DNA of 57,513 nucleotides, the filler included, from Sphacelaria rigidula (lineage: Eukaryota), in NCBI GenBank assembly GCA_964200075.2. It is 6 parts of 6 records of this genome, joined end to end, with 100 filler letters (N's around TTAATTAATTAA, not from the genome) between each part and the next. Parts side by side here need not be neighbours in the genome. Positions count along the whole stretch, not along the records: positions 1 to 9,504 come from CAXNAA020008339.1; 5 more parts are not named here. One strand, written 5' to 3'. Each line of letters begins with the position of its first letter. Position 1 is the first letter of the stretch. Below, one piece after another: positions 1 to 9,604 of this stretch. The notes beneath the pieces were generated by a model, which had not been told where the DNA came from, made no database searches, and saw only the letters and a program-made list of their open reading frames with translations. A program made the position numbers and the translations under genes.

Positions 1-1625
1 AAGGCAAGAAACAAAAGAGTTCGCCCCCCCCCCCCCCCCCCTACTTTTCCCATTTCGTTTCGTTCTGTTTCTCGTTCTCGATTTTTTCCTCTTGTGACGT
101 ATCTTCTTCTGTTCTAACATTCCTCTCTACTCCGGTTCCCTTTCGTGAGTGCTTCCGTTTTCTTTATTTTGGGTACGTGGGTTTATCGTTTGACCACGAC
201 TGAACCCCTCGAGGATCGCACTCAATCTGCAGCAACCAACCGACCGATTGATCGTCTCGATATCCAGCTGTGGACCAACTTCTCACTCTTCAATTCTTGT
301 CAAGCTACGTACAGTATCTTTCTTGCATCACTTGACGTCACGAACCACTTCCGAAGAATTTTCAAGGTGCTTGCCTCTTTAACTTCTGTTGAAAGATTTT
401 GAGAAGAAAATAGCCAACAGTAGAGAGTGGACACAAGTACGCAACAGTCGTGCGGAAACCGATGGTATATATATATATATATATAGATAGATGTACATAC
501 ATGTATGTCAGGGCAGTGACTGTCCGTGATTTCCCAAGGATAATCTCGTGATATATTTGACTTTTTCAGTTTTTTCTTTACATCAAGGTAGCACGCACAT
601 GCACATGCGTGTGCACGCACCGGCGTTTGTTGTAACTCGTGGATGATGTCACATGTTGCAGGCATTTCCCTCCTTCCCGACAACAAAAGAACGTACCGAC
701 GCTCACAGTACACAGGAAGTTGACTGAAATATCGTGAGTCACTTTCGACACGTGTTCTTACACCCACGTTGCCCTGTGATCGCCGACGACAGAAACACCT
801 TCCTCCTTGCGTTCCGTCCTACTGCCTGAACATGACAAACACGTCGCCCGCCTTGCCTCCCCTCTCGTTGTACCCTTGTCTCCTCTTCTCTGGTATCTGA
901 CAACTAGACGATCGGTATGCTAATCGAGTCCATGGCGGGCAAGAGTGGCGCACTTCACGGCACTTTCCAGGTATCAACATGAATGGCCCCAATCGTAGGG
1001 CCACCGTTTTCTCGTATGTCCAACAAGTAAACGCGTATGCCCCCCCCCAAGCCCAAGCCCAAGCCCGCGATCGCTTTGTCTTTTTTTTCTTCATTAGGTG
1101 TTGTTGATTGACGACGACTGACTGACGTCTACGAAAGCCTACCGCAACCCGTACGTGTTTTTTTTTTAATTGATGTCTGAGAGCGGCGGCTACTTGTGTC
1201 TGCACGGTGTGGCGTACCAAGAATACCAAAAGTGGTGTCGACTGTTCACTCGCTGTGTTGGTGTGTGGTGGATCCATGAGGGAGGTATGCCTCAGCGACA
1301 TTGTCTGCAAGTTGCAACGGGTTGTGGTTGTAGTGTGGGTTTTGTCGGACACGACGTGAATTGCGAATGTATACATTATCGACCCGCCTTCCCTCCCCCT
1401 TTTCAATAACATCAATTTTGTAGAAAAGTCATCATTCAGAAATCGCTTCTCTTTTTTTATTCCTTTACCGACACGCATTTTGAAACGTTTCGCGCTGATG
1501 TGCTGGGGATAGATAATGGTGCGTGTAAAACCTGCGTCGCCTGCATGCACGCATTTGTACCCGGAACAAGCGTGTCGGTGAATTGAGCTTTGCCTGTACT
1601 CGCTTGCATTATTGTAATCTGACAG

Positions 1626-1699
1626 GACGCCACGCCATTCGCGTTCCACGAGCAAGATCGAGTAATCGACTACTTCGGGGAGCAGCTGAGGGCTGCTGG
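1626..1699 (+). CDS. RPA2: RNA polymerase I second-largest subunit, internal exon (upstream exons not in window)
   Basis: AG at 1624-25 and GT at 1700. Translates DATPFAFHEQDRVIDYFGEQLRAAG, matching the Pol I-type 'DATPF..E...DYFGEQL..AG' segment. Ends in phase 2, compatible with the next exon. Confidence 0.92.
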
Positions 1700-1994
1700 G
1701 TGAGCTAGCTACACAGCAGGGTACTACGCATGATGATCTGAAGACCCTGTGTGTTCACCAACGCAAACGTGGATGGGTAACACCAGTGCCATAACATAAC
1801 TTTCGCCCATGTACTGTGCGTATTTTTTGTACAGAAACATAATATGTTGATGTTGCGTTTTTACCTGTTGTGCCGCTGTAGCGTCATTTTTTGCTTTGAA
1901 GTCACGTCGGCGCAAATTCAACGGTTCGCTTCACAGAGTATGTTGCCGGAGAAAAAAGCAGTGACATGCCGCCGGGCTCCGTTGTCGCAGTCGG

Positions 1995-2168
1995 TGCACA
2001 TCCTCGACTCTGTATGATCGATTGATGCAATATACCAAAAATATACTGGGTTCAGTATTGACCTATTGCAACTAGTGCCGGTCGACAGTAGATTAAATAG
2101 GCCTACTCCTCACCCAGTACATTTTTTGTCCATTGCAACTATTGATCATATGTTGTCCACGGTGTGAA
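1995..2168. mobile_element. Degenerate palindromic MITE-like element in RPA2 intron, related to 3198-3391
   Basis: Shares CCTATTGCAACTA.TGCCGG.CG centre, AATAGGCCT and the TTGCAACTATTGA.CATAT.TTGTCCA.GGTGTGAA end with the 3198-3391 palindrome. Boundaries are approximate. Confidence 0.6.
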
Positions 2169-2384
2169 TCGGTGCACAAACAGCCAGATAGGACGCAAGG
2201 TGCAGGCTTTGAATCAGGAAATATCTGTCTCTTTCTAGAGAAATACGGTTTCCGTTGATGAAAATCTGGGTTCATAAGCTGCACGTTTTGCCATGTCATG
2301 CTCTTGGCATAATCCACTAAATCGGTTCCTTCTCACCCCTCGCCAACGTATGCCGACACTGTTTTGTGTGTCATGATCCAACAG

Positions 2385-2508
2385 GTACGCGTACCACGGG
2401 TCTGAGCCGGTGTACAGCGGAGTGGCGGGCACCGTGATGCACGCCGACATTTTCATCGGCCTGGTGTACTATCAGCGACTGCGGCACATGGTTTCCGACA
2501 AATCTCAG
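2385..2508 (+). CDS. RPA2: RNA polymerase I second-largest subunit, penultimate exon
   Basis: CAACAG acceptor and GT at 2509. Translates (G)[41 protein letters not shown], including the conserved [12 protein letters not shown] motif. Confidence 0.95.
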
Positions 2509-3197
2509 GTTCGCTCCTTTGCTTCGTTTTATCTTATTCCTGTGCATAAGGTAGCACTGGTGTGGTGAAGTTTCGTGTCCTTTTTTGTTATGTGATCTGT
2601 TGTGTTCTGTTTTTTTTTCTTGTCATGCCTAAATCGATTGCGCTTTCTCGGGTCATTTTACATGTTATGGTTGTTTGTTTTCCCCTCAACTCTTTTTTCA
2701 GTCCGTACGGTGTTGCGAGAGACCGGTGCTAGTGTTTTTTCGTTGACTGTTGTAAGCGGTCGATTGTGTCATCGAATGGGGCTGCTTCTCTCACGTCTGC
2801 CTGTTGATCATGTCCAGTACTAGCAGACGTGAATCTTGTTGCGCTTGATAGTTGGCCTTCCTATTTTCGTCGCTTCACCGAAGGGCATTTCGTCCACTTC
2901 CTTTCATGATCACGTACAGCAGGCCATTTTTTTTAATTTTTCATTCTCTATTCTGTGTATTCAACGTACTTTGCAACGCATGACCATTCGCAAATTCAGC
3001 ACATGGTGTGTCGAAGTTTACATGTAAAAACGTTGAATAATTTGGATTCGGGTGCAAAAAGTGTGGTTCGGCAGGCGAGGGGGGAATCGGCGTCGCCGGT
3101 CGGTGTTATATACAGTATGTATGATGGTGGTATACTGTGTACCGTTCAAGCTCAACTCGGACCAACGGCAATGCCCCGGGACTGGGATAGGGTTTTC

Positions 3198-3391
3198 GTT
3201 GAAATGTTTCACGCATTGGACAATATATGGTCAATAGTTGCAATAGACAAGAAACGTACTGCATAAAGTACAGGCCTATTGCGACTATTGTCGGCCGGCA
3301 ATAATTGCAATAGGCCTGTACTTTATGTAGTACACTTCTCGTCTATTGCATCTATTGACTATATATTGTCCAGGGTGTGAAATATTTCAAC
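3198..3391. mobile_element. 194-bp loopless palindrome (foldback MITE-like) in RPA2 intron
   Basis: Two 97-bp arms centred on CGG|CCG at 3294/3295, with 13 mismatches and no indels by manual alignment. Confidence 0.8.
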
Positions 3392-3879
3392 ACTCACGAG
3401 GCTTGAAGAACAGAGAATATAACCCCTCTCCCACCCCCGGGGAGCCAAAAGGGGCCACTCCCCAAAACCGCGACCCCGAATGGGCGAACTAGTAAAATGC
3501 CAATACGATTAGGCTAGACTCGGGAGTATATATAACCCCAAGGCTGCTGTTCTGGGGAGTGTCGAATTTGCGCCCTTGCAAACGTGAAGGCGTGGGTAGC
3601 GGATAAAACTTGATGACCGTGAATGGATGCATTGCGGAAGTGCTGATTCAACCCACGGTACCAAAATGTCGGGCCATGGGTTGATCGTACTACAGACAAG
3701 GACCAGAAGCACAACCAACATGCGCACAAGCTGAGATTGTCTCTGTCGAAGCCCCCCCGGAATCTTTCAGAAACGCCATACTCTCACTTGATGAGCACTT
3801 GCCCACCATAAAATGCTAAAACATATTTTTTTCACCCCCCCCCCCCCCCCCCCAATCACAACAACAACAATATGATCAG

Positions 3880-4359
3880 GTGCGAGCGAACGGCCCCGTG
3901 AACCAGCTTACCCGACAGCCCATTAAGGGCCGGAAGAACAAGGGGGGCGTGCGCCTGGGAGAGATGGAACGCGATGCCCTCCTGAGCCACGGCGCCGCCT
4001 TCCTGCTCCACGACCGACTCATGAACTGCTCAGACCGACACGTGGCACACGTCTGCGCGACCTGCGGGTCCTTGCTCTCCACCTCTGCGCGGCGGGGCGC
4101 GGTCGCTACGGCCGGCCAGAGTGCGGCTGCGGCGGCCACCGCCGCGCGTGAGGGGGGTAGCGGTGGGGACGGTGGGGGTGGTGGGGGTGGTGGCGAGGGT
4201 GGAGGGATTCGATGTATCACGTGTCCGGTGAATGATGGTGGTCGGGGTGGGGGCGGGGGCGGGGGACAGGTGGTGTCCGTTGCTATGCCGTACGTGTTTC
4301 GGTATCTCGCGAACGAGCTTGCGGGGATGGGGATCAAGCTCACCCTCAAGACTAGTTGA
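3880..4359 (+). CDS. RPA2: RNA polymerase I second-largest subunit, terminal exon
   Basis: AG at 3878-79, phase 0. Translates VRANGPVNQLTRQPIKGRKNKGGVRLGEMERDALLSHG...HDRLMNCSD, then zinc ribbon CATC...CITC and C-terminal MPYVFRYLANELAGMGI, ending at TGA. QPIKGRK and PYVFRYL are Pol I-type rather than Pol II/III-type. Confidence 0.95.
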   Translation: MRANGPVNQLTRQPIKGRKNKGGVRLGEMERDALLSHGAAFLLHDRLMNCSDRHVAHVCATCGSLLSTSARRGAVATAGQSAAAAATAAREGGSGGDGGGGGGGGEGGGIRCITCPVNDGGRGGGGGGGQVVSVAMPYVFRYLANELAGMGIKLTLKTS

Positions 4360-4539
4360 GCTGATGGTCGCGTGGTCTTGAGATTTAAGGTGTTGTTATT
4401 GCTGTTGTATTGTGTTTTGGTGCATCCGTGTTGCAAGATAAGACGCGCGAGAAGTAGTCGGTACGAATGGTTTGTGGTGTTCTTTTGTTTGCTGTTTTTG
4501 AGTGGGAGGGGGGACGGGGGGGGACGGTTGCCTGACTTC

Positions 4540-4716
4540 TTTTTTTATTTTTCCTTGATGGGAGGAAGAAACCCAACCCAACACTTACCTCGCAAGCGAG
4601 TTCGTGTGCTGATTCCCCAAAGGCTCGCCTAGATTGCCTCGCGGCAGCCATATGGGGAAGGCGCCTCGAGCGTTCGCAAGCTTTGCCCAAGACCTTGTCG
4701 GGGATGCTTCCACTCG
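4540..4716 (-). mobile_element. 3' end of a non-LTR retroposon family (same family as 40495-40683)
   Basis: Reverse complement matches 40495-40683 (GCAAAGCTTGCGAACGCTCGAGGCGCCTTCCCCATATG...GTTGGGTTGGGTTT) and ends in an A-rich tail. Confidence 0.6.
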
Positions 4717-4864
4717 AGCCCCCCCATCAACTTAGCGCAATTCGCGTGCCGCCATACTCTCCGGAGCTTCGGCCGGAGGTGTGTGTTTATTCTCTCCCGA
4801 TTCATGTTGGCTATGGTCATGTATATGCCTTCTAGTTGGTTTTGACGTTTCCATTTCATATTTT

Positions 4865-4998
4865 ACACACCCTGGGCAAAAGAGCACATTGTCGAAGAGT
4901 GCGCTGCGTTCAGTATCCACTATTGCGTCCATTGCAATAGATAATGAAATCCATATACTGTACGCGGTACACTTTTTGACGACGTAATCTGTTGTCCT
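4865..4998. mobile_element. Short imperfect-palindrome MITE (same family as 29567-29701)
   Basis: Starts ACACCCTGG. Its right arm, reverse-complemented (CGTCAAAAAGTGTACCGCGTACAGTAT), matches the left arm of 29567-29701. Confidence 0.6.
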
Positions 4999-5838
4999 TG
5001 CTGTGATAGTTCAATGTATTTTGGTTGACCTTACGCCGAGAAAGATGTCATCGTAGTCGTTTTCCCCTCTTGTTTTTCGGCCTCGGCAGCAGCACCAGCA
5101 GCTGTAGTAGCACAGTTGTATTGGTATAGTGGCTGTTTATTGAAGGTAAAGTTTCCGTACGTGCAAACAACGACACCGTCGTGTGTTTGTATATTATTAG
5201 TGACGGTCCACGTGATGCATGTATGGCAGTAGGATTTCATGTTTCTATGCTCCTTCCATCCTCAACTGAACAGCGCTAGCGCTCGCATCAACACAAGCTA
5301 GCGCGGCGTCGTGGGGTACCCTACTCCGTAATGCAGCTCATTGCTACAATTTGAAAACTACTATTTCCCCCCCATCATCCACGTGTGTTTTCTTCATTTC
5401 GCCGAACCGAGGAATGCTCGTTACGATCTATAGCCATTTGCCCGCGTTCTCAGCGAGAGTGACCTGCTCTTGCGAGTCTTTGATCTCAATATCTTGAACG
5501 AGCTACCCCCTGCATTCTCCCCACGTGTGATAGCTTCTGGCGCACGCAGATTATTGTGGATTACGGCAGTCCTCCTGGTGTTTCAAGGGCCAGTCGGCCC
5601 CTTGTACCGACAACCATCCAAATGTGATTCACTTCGGGACACGTCTAGTCCTGCAGGACAATAATGGCCTCCGCAACCGTAGCTGACGCCGGCTGATGGT
5701 AAGTTTTCTCGATACGTTCGCATTTGGTGATTTCGAGCACACCTCTTGACCAGAGAGTCTCGCGTTCAACGCGATTCTTCTGGAAGAAGTGGCCTGCTCC
5801 CATCAAAAGGTTGGCTGTTTTCTTAAGCATGGAGGTAT

Positions 5839-6915
5839 CCAAGGTTGTTATCTGTCGGGTACGGTTTTCTGTATATCCGGGGTATTTTCCCGGGTATTTA
5901 CCGTACCCGCCAGTTCTGTGACTTCTGTAAGACTTCCATACCGGTACCCGACAGTTGTGCAATCTCTGTAATACTTTCATACCCGTACACGATAGTTGTG
6001 TGAGTTCTGTGGGCCTCCCCTACCCTTACGGAGGGGCACGGGTATACGCCCTTGACAAGGTACCCGGTTGCGGGTACGGTTTTCTGTGCAACCTCAATAC
6101 CCTACCCGACAGTTTCTGTAAGTTCTCTAGACCTTGCCTACCCTTACCCGACAGTTCTTTGAGGTCTGTACAGAATGTTTACCCGTACCCGGAGCGCGGG
6201 TATGGTATTGAAGAGATATCCGATTACCGGTACGGTTTTTCTGTAAGCCTCCCGTACCGAACCCGACAAGTTCTGTAAGTTCTGCAAGACTTTCATCCAG
6301 TACCGGAACCCGACACTTCTGTGAGCTCCGTAAACCTCCCATACCCGTACCCAGGGTTACCTTCGTAGATATACACGATTGCAGCTACGAACACAGGTAT
6401 ATACCTTGGGGAGGTATGGATATAGCTTCAATCGAAGCACAACCTCACGACCTGAACATGTGCCTCCCATCGATCATCCCACACTACTCCTTCATTTAAC
6501 ACTGCACACCAACAAAAAATCAATGTAAGAGAGTTATTTACTTTTAAGTCTGACGGAAAACGAGATACTGCTAAGTGGAAACACGAAACATGAGCAGCAC
6601 TGCTGCAGCCTGTCAGCATGGATCACCCCCACACTCGAGCGGGGGCGGTTCATGTGCTCCACCGGGAGATAGAGTAGCAAGACGCACGTCATCGACGTTG
6701 ATGGTTCTATCGTGGTCATCAAACCCCAGATCGTTATCTACATGTACAGCAAAGAAAATGAGCTGCAAGTGGAAGTCAAGGCCGTCCATGATTGTGTCGT
6801 GCCGAGGGTCTTCCAGAGAACAGGCAGCCGTGAATGCTCCTTCATGTACTCTCTGAGAGTGTACGCGAAGCCGATAGATGTTGACGATCCCGTGCACGTG
6901 TACTACTGCGAGGGT
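5839..6915 (+). mobile_element. Left end of a TIR DNA transposon with ~40-bp internal subrepeats plus a degenerate ORF fragment
   Basis: Begins CCAAGGTTGT..TCTGT.GGGTACGG, then many TACCCGTACCCGACAGTTCTGT-like subrepeats. The following unique segment (about 6350-6870) is also present, inverted, at 11879-12420. Remnant peptide VIKPQIVIYMYSKENELQVEVK...DPVHVYYC. Confidence 0.7.
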
Positions 6916-7030
6916 TCGGGTAGTCTTTCTCTATCAACCCCGTGAAGCAGTTCAGAGTTTCCGTGATGTATCGTCATCTGTAGTTCGCCACTGTTGTGAC
7001 GTAGGTCCCACCACAGGGGTGACGATAGTA

Positions 7031-7614
7031 CCAAGGTCGTGTTCTGTACGGCATGATTTTCTGTATACCCGAGGTATGTTCTCCCGGATATTTACCATAC
7101 CTGCCAGTTCTGTGACTTCTGTAAGACTTTCATACCGATACCCGACAGTTCTGTAATCTCTGCAATACTGCCATACCCGTACTCGATAGTTGTGTGAGTT
7201 CTGTGGGCCTCCCGTACCACTACAGGGGGCATGGGTACGCTCTCAACAATATACCCGGTTGCGGGTACGGTTTTCTGTGCAACCTCCATACCCTACCCGA
7301 TAGTTTCTGAGAGTTCTGTGAGCCTCCCATACCCTTACCCGATAGTTCTTTGAGGTCTGTTCAGAATGTTTACCCGTACCAGGAGCGCGGGTATGGTATC
7401 GAAGATATCCGATTACCGGTACGTTTTCCTGTAAGCCTCCTGTACCGAACCCGACAAGTTCTGCAAGTTTTGTAATACTTTCATCCAGTACCGGTACTTG
7501 ACAGTGTTGTAATTTCTGGAAGACTTTTGTACCGGTACCCGATATTTCTGTAAGTTTTGTAAGGAATCCCATACCCTACAGAACATACCCGTACCCTACA
7601 GAACACAACCTTGG
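7031..7614. mobile_element. Complete non-autonomous TIR element (MITE) of the CAAGG family
   Basis: Left end CCAAGGTCGTGTTCTGTACGG and right end CCGTACCCTACAGAACACAACCTTGG are inverted repeats. TA lies immediately outside both ends. Interior is homologous to 5839-6350. Confidence 0.8.
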
Positions 7615-8194
7615 TATCAATACAAAACCGTGATAAGACACGGAGTGATACAGAAGTGCTGTAAATGACCCCGTGCAATGTCGGGTGCACCCGCAGCAGC
7701 TGCTCGATGATATAAAGTACTTCGTCCACGAGGGAGACAAACAAGTGATAGCTGGTAACGCGTATCGGTATCTGATTGCTACTGATTGGTGACCCACCTG
7801 CGTACGTACATTGGTTGGTTGCTTATTATAGCCTGTATGTTAACCTATGGCCGCAAGTACAGTTGATCTGATGAATCAGCACCCATTTCACTTGAAAAAT
7901 GAATGCATGAGGCGGATGACCTACCCTCCTCGCGGTGAAAGGTTTAACGTCGTGATACACTTCTAAGCTGGAAGCCCTACCGTATATCCGACAGCTAACG
8001 CCTCCGGTATGAAACAGCTTGGAACAGACCACCGCGATACGCTTGCTGGGAGCTGAACACCGAGCACAACGACACCTGAGCGTAGCAGTCCACCTCCACT
8101 CGATTTTTCACATACCTCATGAGTCAATCTAGCCGAGGTTGTGAAGAATTTCCGAGGCACCGGAGACCTGCGGTGCAACAGGAAGACCTAAACC

Positions 8195-8872
8195 CTACAT
8201 GTACATGGCTATGTTGCGGAATACCCCTTCTTCTGGTACGTGCACAACCGCAGTCACAACCTGCCGCAAGTGTTCCACCGAACCCGCTCTTGTCGACCCC
8301 GCCGGAATAAGTAAATCGTTGCCGAGTCTTGTTTCCACGCGATACACGCTGATTGCACCGCGTCTTGGTATAGGACCACTGTCGGGCGCAGTATGGCGTG
8401 GTTCTCTCCGCTTCTCAATCATCGCCAATAGTGATCGAGATGCCGCTGTCAAGCGCCATCGCCGCCGTATTTTTGACGGTGAAGATGGTGTCGACCGTGA
8501 CCTCGCGCGCAGCATTACTAGCCAACCGCGCCGGCGCCACGAGAGTTCGGCCGGTGTCGGACCATCTTCGAGACGGCGTTCTGTTGATGGCGCCTGTTGT
8601 ATCACTCTCCAATCTCGATTCTGACGCCAGAAGGAAATGGCGATGCGTATGGAACTCAAGAGGCAGAATGACGTGACGATTGCTAGAAGGACAGCTAGAA
8701 GAACAAGCGCCGCTTCCTCATCTGTGTCGTCCTCCGCTCCCGAAAAATGAATGTACCACTTGTACCATACGAAACATAGAAGAGGAGAGAATAATAGCAC
8801 AACCAGAGCTGCAAACCCCGCAGCGGATAGTCGGTGGGGACTTGAGGCTCTTCCCGAGTTAAAGGTAAACAT
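8195..8872 (-). CDS. Intronless 225-aa ORF with two predicted TM helices plus a brown-algal ankyrin-protein-type C-terminal domain
   Basis: ATG-to-stop ORF with hydrophobic stretches GFAALVVLLFSPLLCFVWY and AALVLLAVLLAIVTSFCLL. Motifs AELSWRRRGWLVMLRAR and VVHVPEEGVFRNIAMYM* resemble, from recollection, the tail of many Ectocarpus-type ankyrin-repeat proteins. Confidence 0.6.
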   Translation of the reverse strand: MFTFNSGRASSPHRLSAAGFAALVVLLFSPLLCFVWYKWYIHFSGAEDDTDEEAALVLLAVLLAIVTSFCLLSSIRIAISFWRQNRDWRVIQQAPSTERRLEDGPTPAELSWRRRGWLVMLRARSRSTPSSPSKIRRRWRLTAASRSLLAMIEKRREPRHTAPDSGPIPRRGAISVYRVETRLGNDLLIPAGSTRAGSVEHLRQVVTAVVHVPEEGVFRNIAMYM

Positions 8873-9504
8873 GGCTTCTGCTGTTGCGCTGTGCTGCGGT
8901 AGGCCGGCTCGTGCCCCACGGAGAGTACCCAGAAAGCACGAGCGTTTTCGACGGGGGTGCGTTATGGTAAACGAAAGGGGTTAGCTCCAGAGTAGCGATA
9001 AGCGCGCCATATGTAACAGTCACATGTGAGCGATCCGTGTGTTGAGGTGCACAGTCGAATAATCAGTTTCAGTTGATGAGAGCGAACACAGACATGGTGA
9101 GCATTCACATCTGGGCACACGTTGTTGGGCCCTCAACAGGCTCAAAATGTCAAGCTCCGCAAACTGAGGTGCTGCATCTCGTCAGTAGAGTCAAATAGGG
9201 TGCACCGTTCTCCCTATATTCCCTGGCCCAGAGGGAATAATCACGGGGAGAATCGAACCCCGGGACTGGCTTTTATTGAGATGTCACAGCGGACGCATCA
9301 CGGGCAATCACGAGAATAAAGGTGAGTTCTTCGATACTCCGTGCGTGGACGTCCCAGATTTAGGTTAATTTTTGCCGCACAATCAAGCGTCTACCGGGCG
9401 AAATTTCCTGGACACGCAAGCCCCAAGATCGAAAAATTGAGTTTTTGAGGGGGATGGGGAGGGGGAGGGTGTACTCATGATCATGCATGTCATAGTCATC
9501 AGAC

Positions 9505-9604
9505 NNNNNNNNNNNNNNNNNNNNNNNNNNNNNNNNNNNNNNNNNNNNTTAATTAATTAANNNNNNNNNNNNNNNNNNNNNNNNNNNNNNNNNNNNNNNN
9601 NNNN
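9505..9604. other. Artificial contig spacer
   Basis: N44-TTAATTAATTAA-N44, giving stops in all six frames. Confidence 0.99.

Noticed and set aside
819..1655. 278-aa minus-strand ORF
   Set aside because: Antisense to RPA2 intron and exon, low-complexity, non-ATG start, and no recognisable domain.
3876..4436. Proline-rich 186-aa minus-strand ORF
   Set aside because: Antisense shadow of the Gly-rich RPA2 terminal exon.
5895..7600. Regularly spaced repeats resembling a CRISPR array
   Set aside because: Units are diverged along their whole length with no unique spacers, lie inside TIR-bounded elements, and there are no cas genes in this eukaryotic context.
9549..9560. Periodic TTAATTAATTAA motif every ~9.6 kb
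   Set aside because: Assembly linker embedded in Ns, not biological.
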